Positions 63,517-64,000 of a stretch of 64,000 nucleotides of DNA are shown one piece after another; within the stretch, counting starts at the first letter, position 1; each line of letters starts with the position of its first letter. Source of the DNA: an uncultured Acidimicrobiia bacterium (GTDB taxonomy: Bacteria; Actinomycetota; Acidimicrobiia; Spongiisociales; UBA5794); assembly GCA_963753185.1 (NCBI GenBank), contig CAVWBO010000007.1, positions 1,019,538 through 1,083,537 on the forward strand, written 5' to 3'. The notes beneath the pieces are model-generated. The model did not search any database. It was given only the letters and a program-made list of their open reading frames with translations, and was not told the origin of the DNA. A program made the translations under genes and the position numbers.

Positions 63517-64000
63517 ATGGCGAAAGCGAAGTTTGAGCGGACGAAGCCGCATGTGAATGTTGGGACGATGGGTCATATTGATCATGGGAAGACGACGTTG
63601 ACGGCGGCGATTACGAAGACGTTGGCTGATGCTGGTGTTGGGTCGTCTGCGTTTACGGCGTTTGATGATATTGATAAGGCGCCGGAGGAGCGTGAGCGGG
63701 GGATCACGATTGCGATTGCTCATGTGGAGTATGAGACGGTGAATCGTCATTATGCGCATGTGGATATGCCGGGTCATGCGGATTATGTGAAGAACATGAT
63801 TACGGGTGCGGCGCAGGTGGATGGCGCGATTTTGGTGGTGTCTGCTGCTGATGGTCCGATGCCTCAGACGCGTGAGCATGTGTTGTTGGCGCGTCAGGTT
63901 GGTGTGCCGGCGATTGTGGTGTTCATGAACAAGGTGGACATGGTTGATGATGACGAGCTGCTCGATTTGGTCGAGTTGGAGGTTCGTGATCTGTTGAATG
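63517..64000 (+). CDS. tuf: Elongation factor Tu (5' part; continues beyond the window)
   Basis: My own translation after GGGAGGA: [34 protein letters not shown]...[77 protein letters not shown]. Not in the ORF track because there is no stop in the window. Confidence 0.95.
   Translation, partial: MAKAKFERTKPHVNVGTMGHIDHGKTTLTAAITKTLADAGVGSSAFTAFDDIDKAPEERERGITIAIAHVEYETVNRHYAHVDMPGHADYVKNMITGAAQVDGAILVVSAADGPMPQTREHVLLARQVGVPAIVVFMNKVDMVDDDELLDLVELEVRDLLN

Noticed and set aside
63463-63879. 138-aa minus-strand ORF (H/R/I/N-rich)
   Set aside because: It is antisense to the unmistakable EF-Tu coding sequence, and its odd composition simply mirrors the G/T-rich tuf codons.
1-64000. Screen for CRISPR arrays, rRNA genes, transposases, integrases, phage or toxin-antitoxin/defence modules
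   Set aside because: No regularly spaced direct repeats with unique spacers, no rRNA-like sequence, and no DDE/tyrosine/serine recombinase motifs in any ORF. The only repeats are intragenic (12.8-13.2 kb, 45.4 kb), the 14-nt nuoH-nuoI units and isolated hairpins.

Overview
High-GC, actinobacterium-type chromosomal window. It is densely coding and dominated by respiratory-chain genes. I saw no rRNA, CRISPR array, transposase or integrase.

Gene order, left to right:
- 0-12 kb: a secreted M23 peptidase (partial), a MoaD-like/membrane fusion and nagA. Then a homogentisate (tyrosine catabolism) cluster: fahA, an unknown gene and hmgA, with hppD divergent. Then PPK2, a DUF62 SAM hydroxide adenosyltransferase and a geranylgeranyl-reductase-family flavoprotein.
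- 12-21.7 kb: an unusual electron-transfer island. It has a membrane cytochrome c carrying four N-terminal ~45-aa repeats, and a CcoN-CcoO fusion whose CcoN part has lost all six haem/CuB histidine ligands. Divergently, there is a seven-gene Rieske / split cytochrome b6 / subunit IV / dihaem c operon. Its cytochrome b6 has the CLGG haem-ci motif and a GISGPL end. The operon also encodes a 2x[4Fe-4S] ferredoxin and two unknown membrane proteins.
- 21.7-37.2 kb: rex, then a complete 14-gene nuoA-N operon. Three ATGA-chained 5-codon mini-ORFs bridge nuoH and nuoI.
- 37.2-48 kb: a bactofilin-like membrane protein, an Fe(III)-type ABC importer, and a decayed TadE/TadG-like locus with an ECF sigma module.
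- 48.1-58.4 kb: a second, 11-gene nuo cluster lacking nuoEFG. It is flanked by a HIT protein and an NDUFAF7/MidA-type methyltransferase.
- 58.4-64 kb: htpX, a cyclase pseudogene remnant, and tRNA-Tyr/Thr/Met interrupted by an LLM oxidoreductase cassette bounded by perfect hairpins. The window ends in the 5' part of tuf, whose codon usage (third-position C almost absent) is unlike every other gene here.

Most interesting candidates: the ligand-less CcoN-CcoO fusion together with the b6c-type operon and the shared repeat motif.
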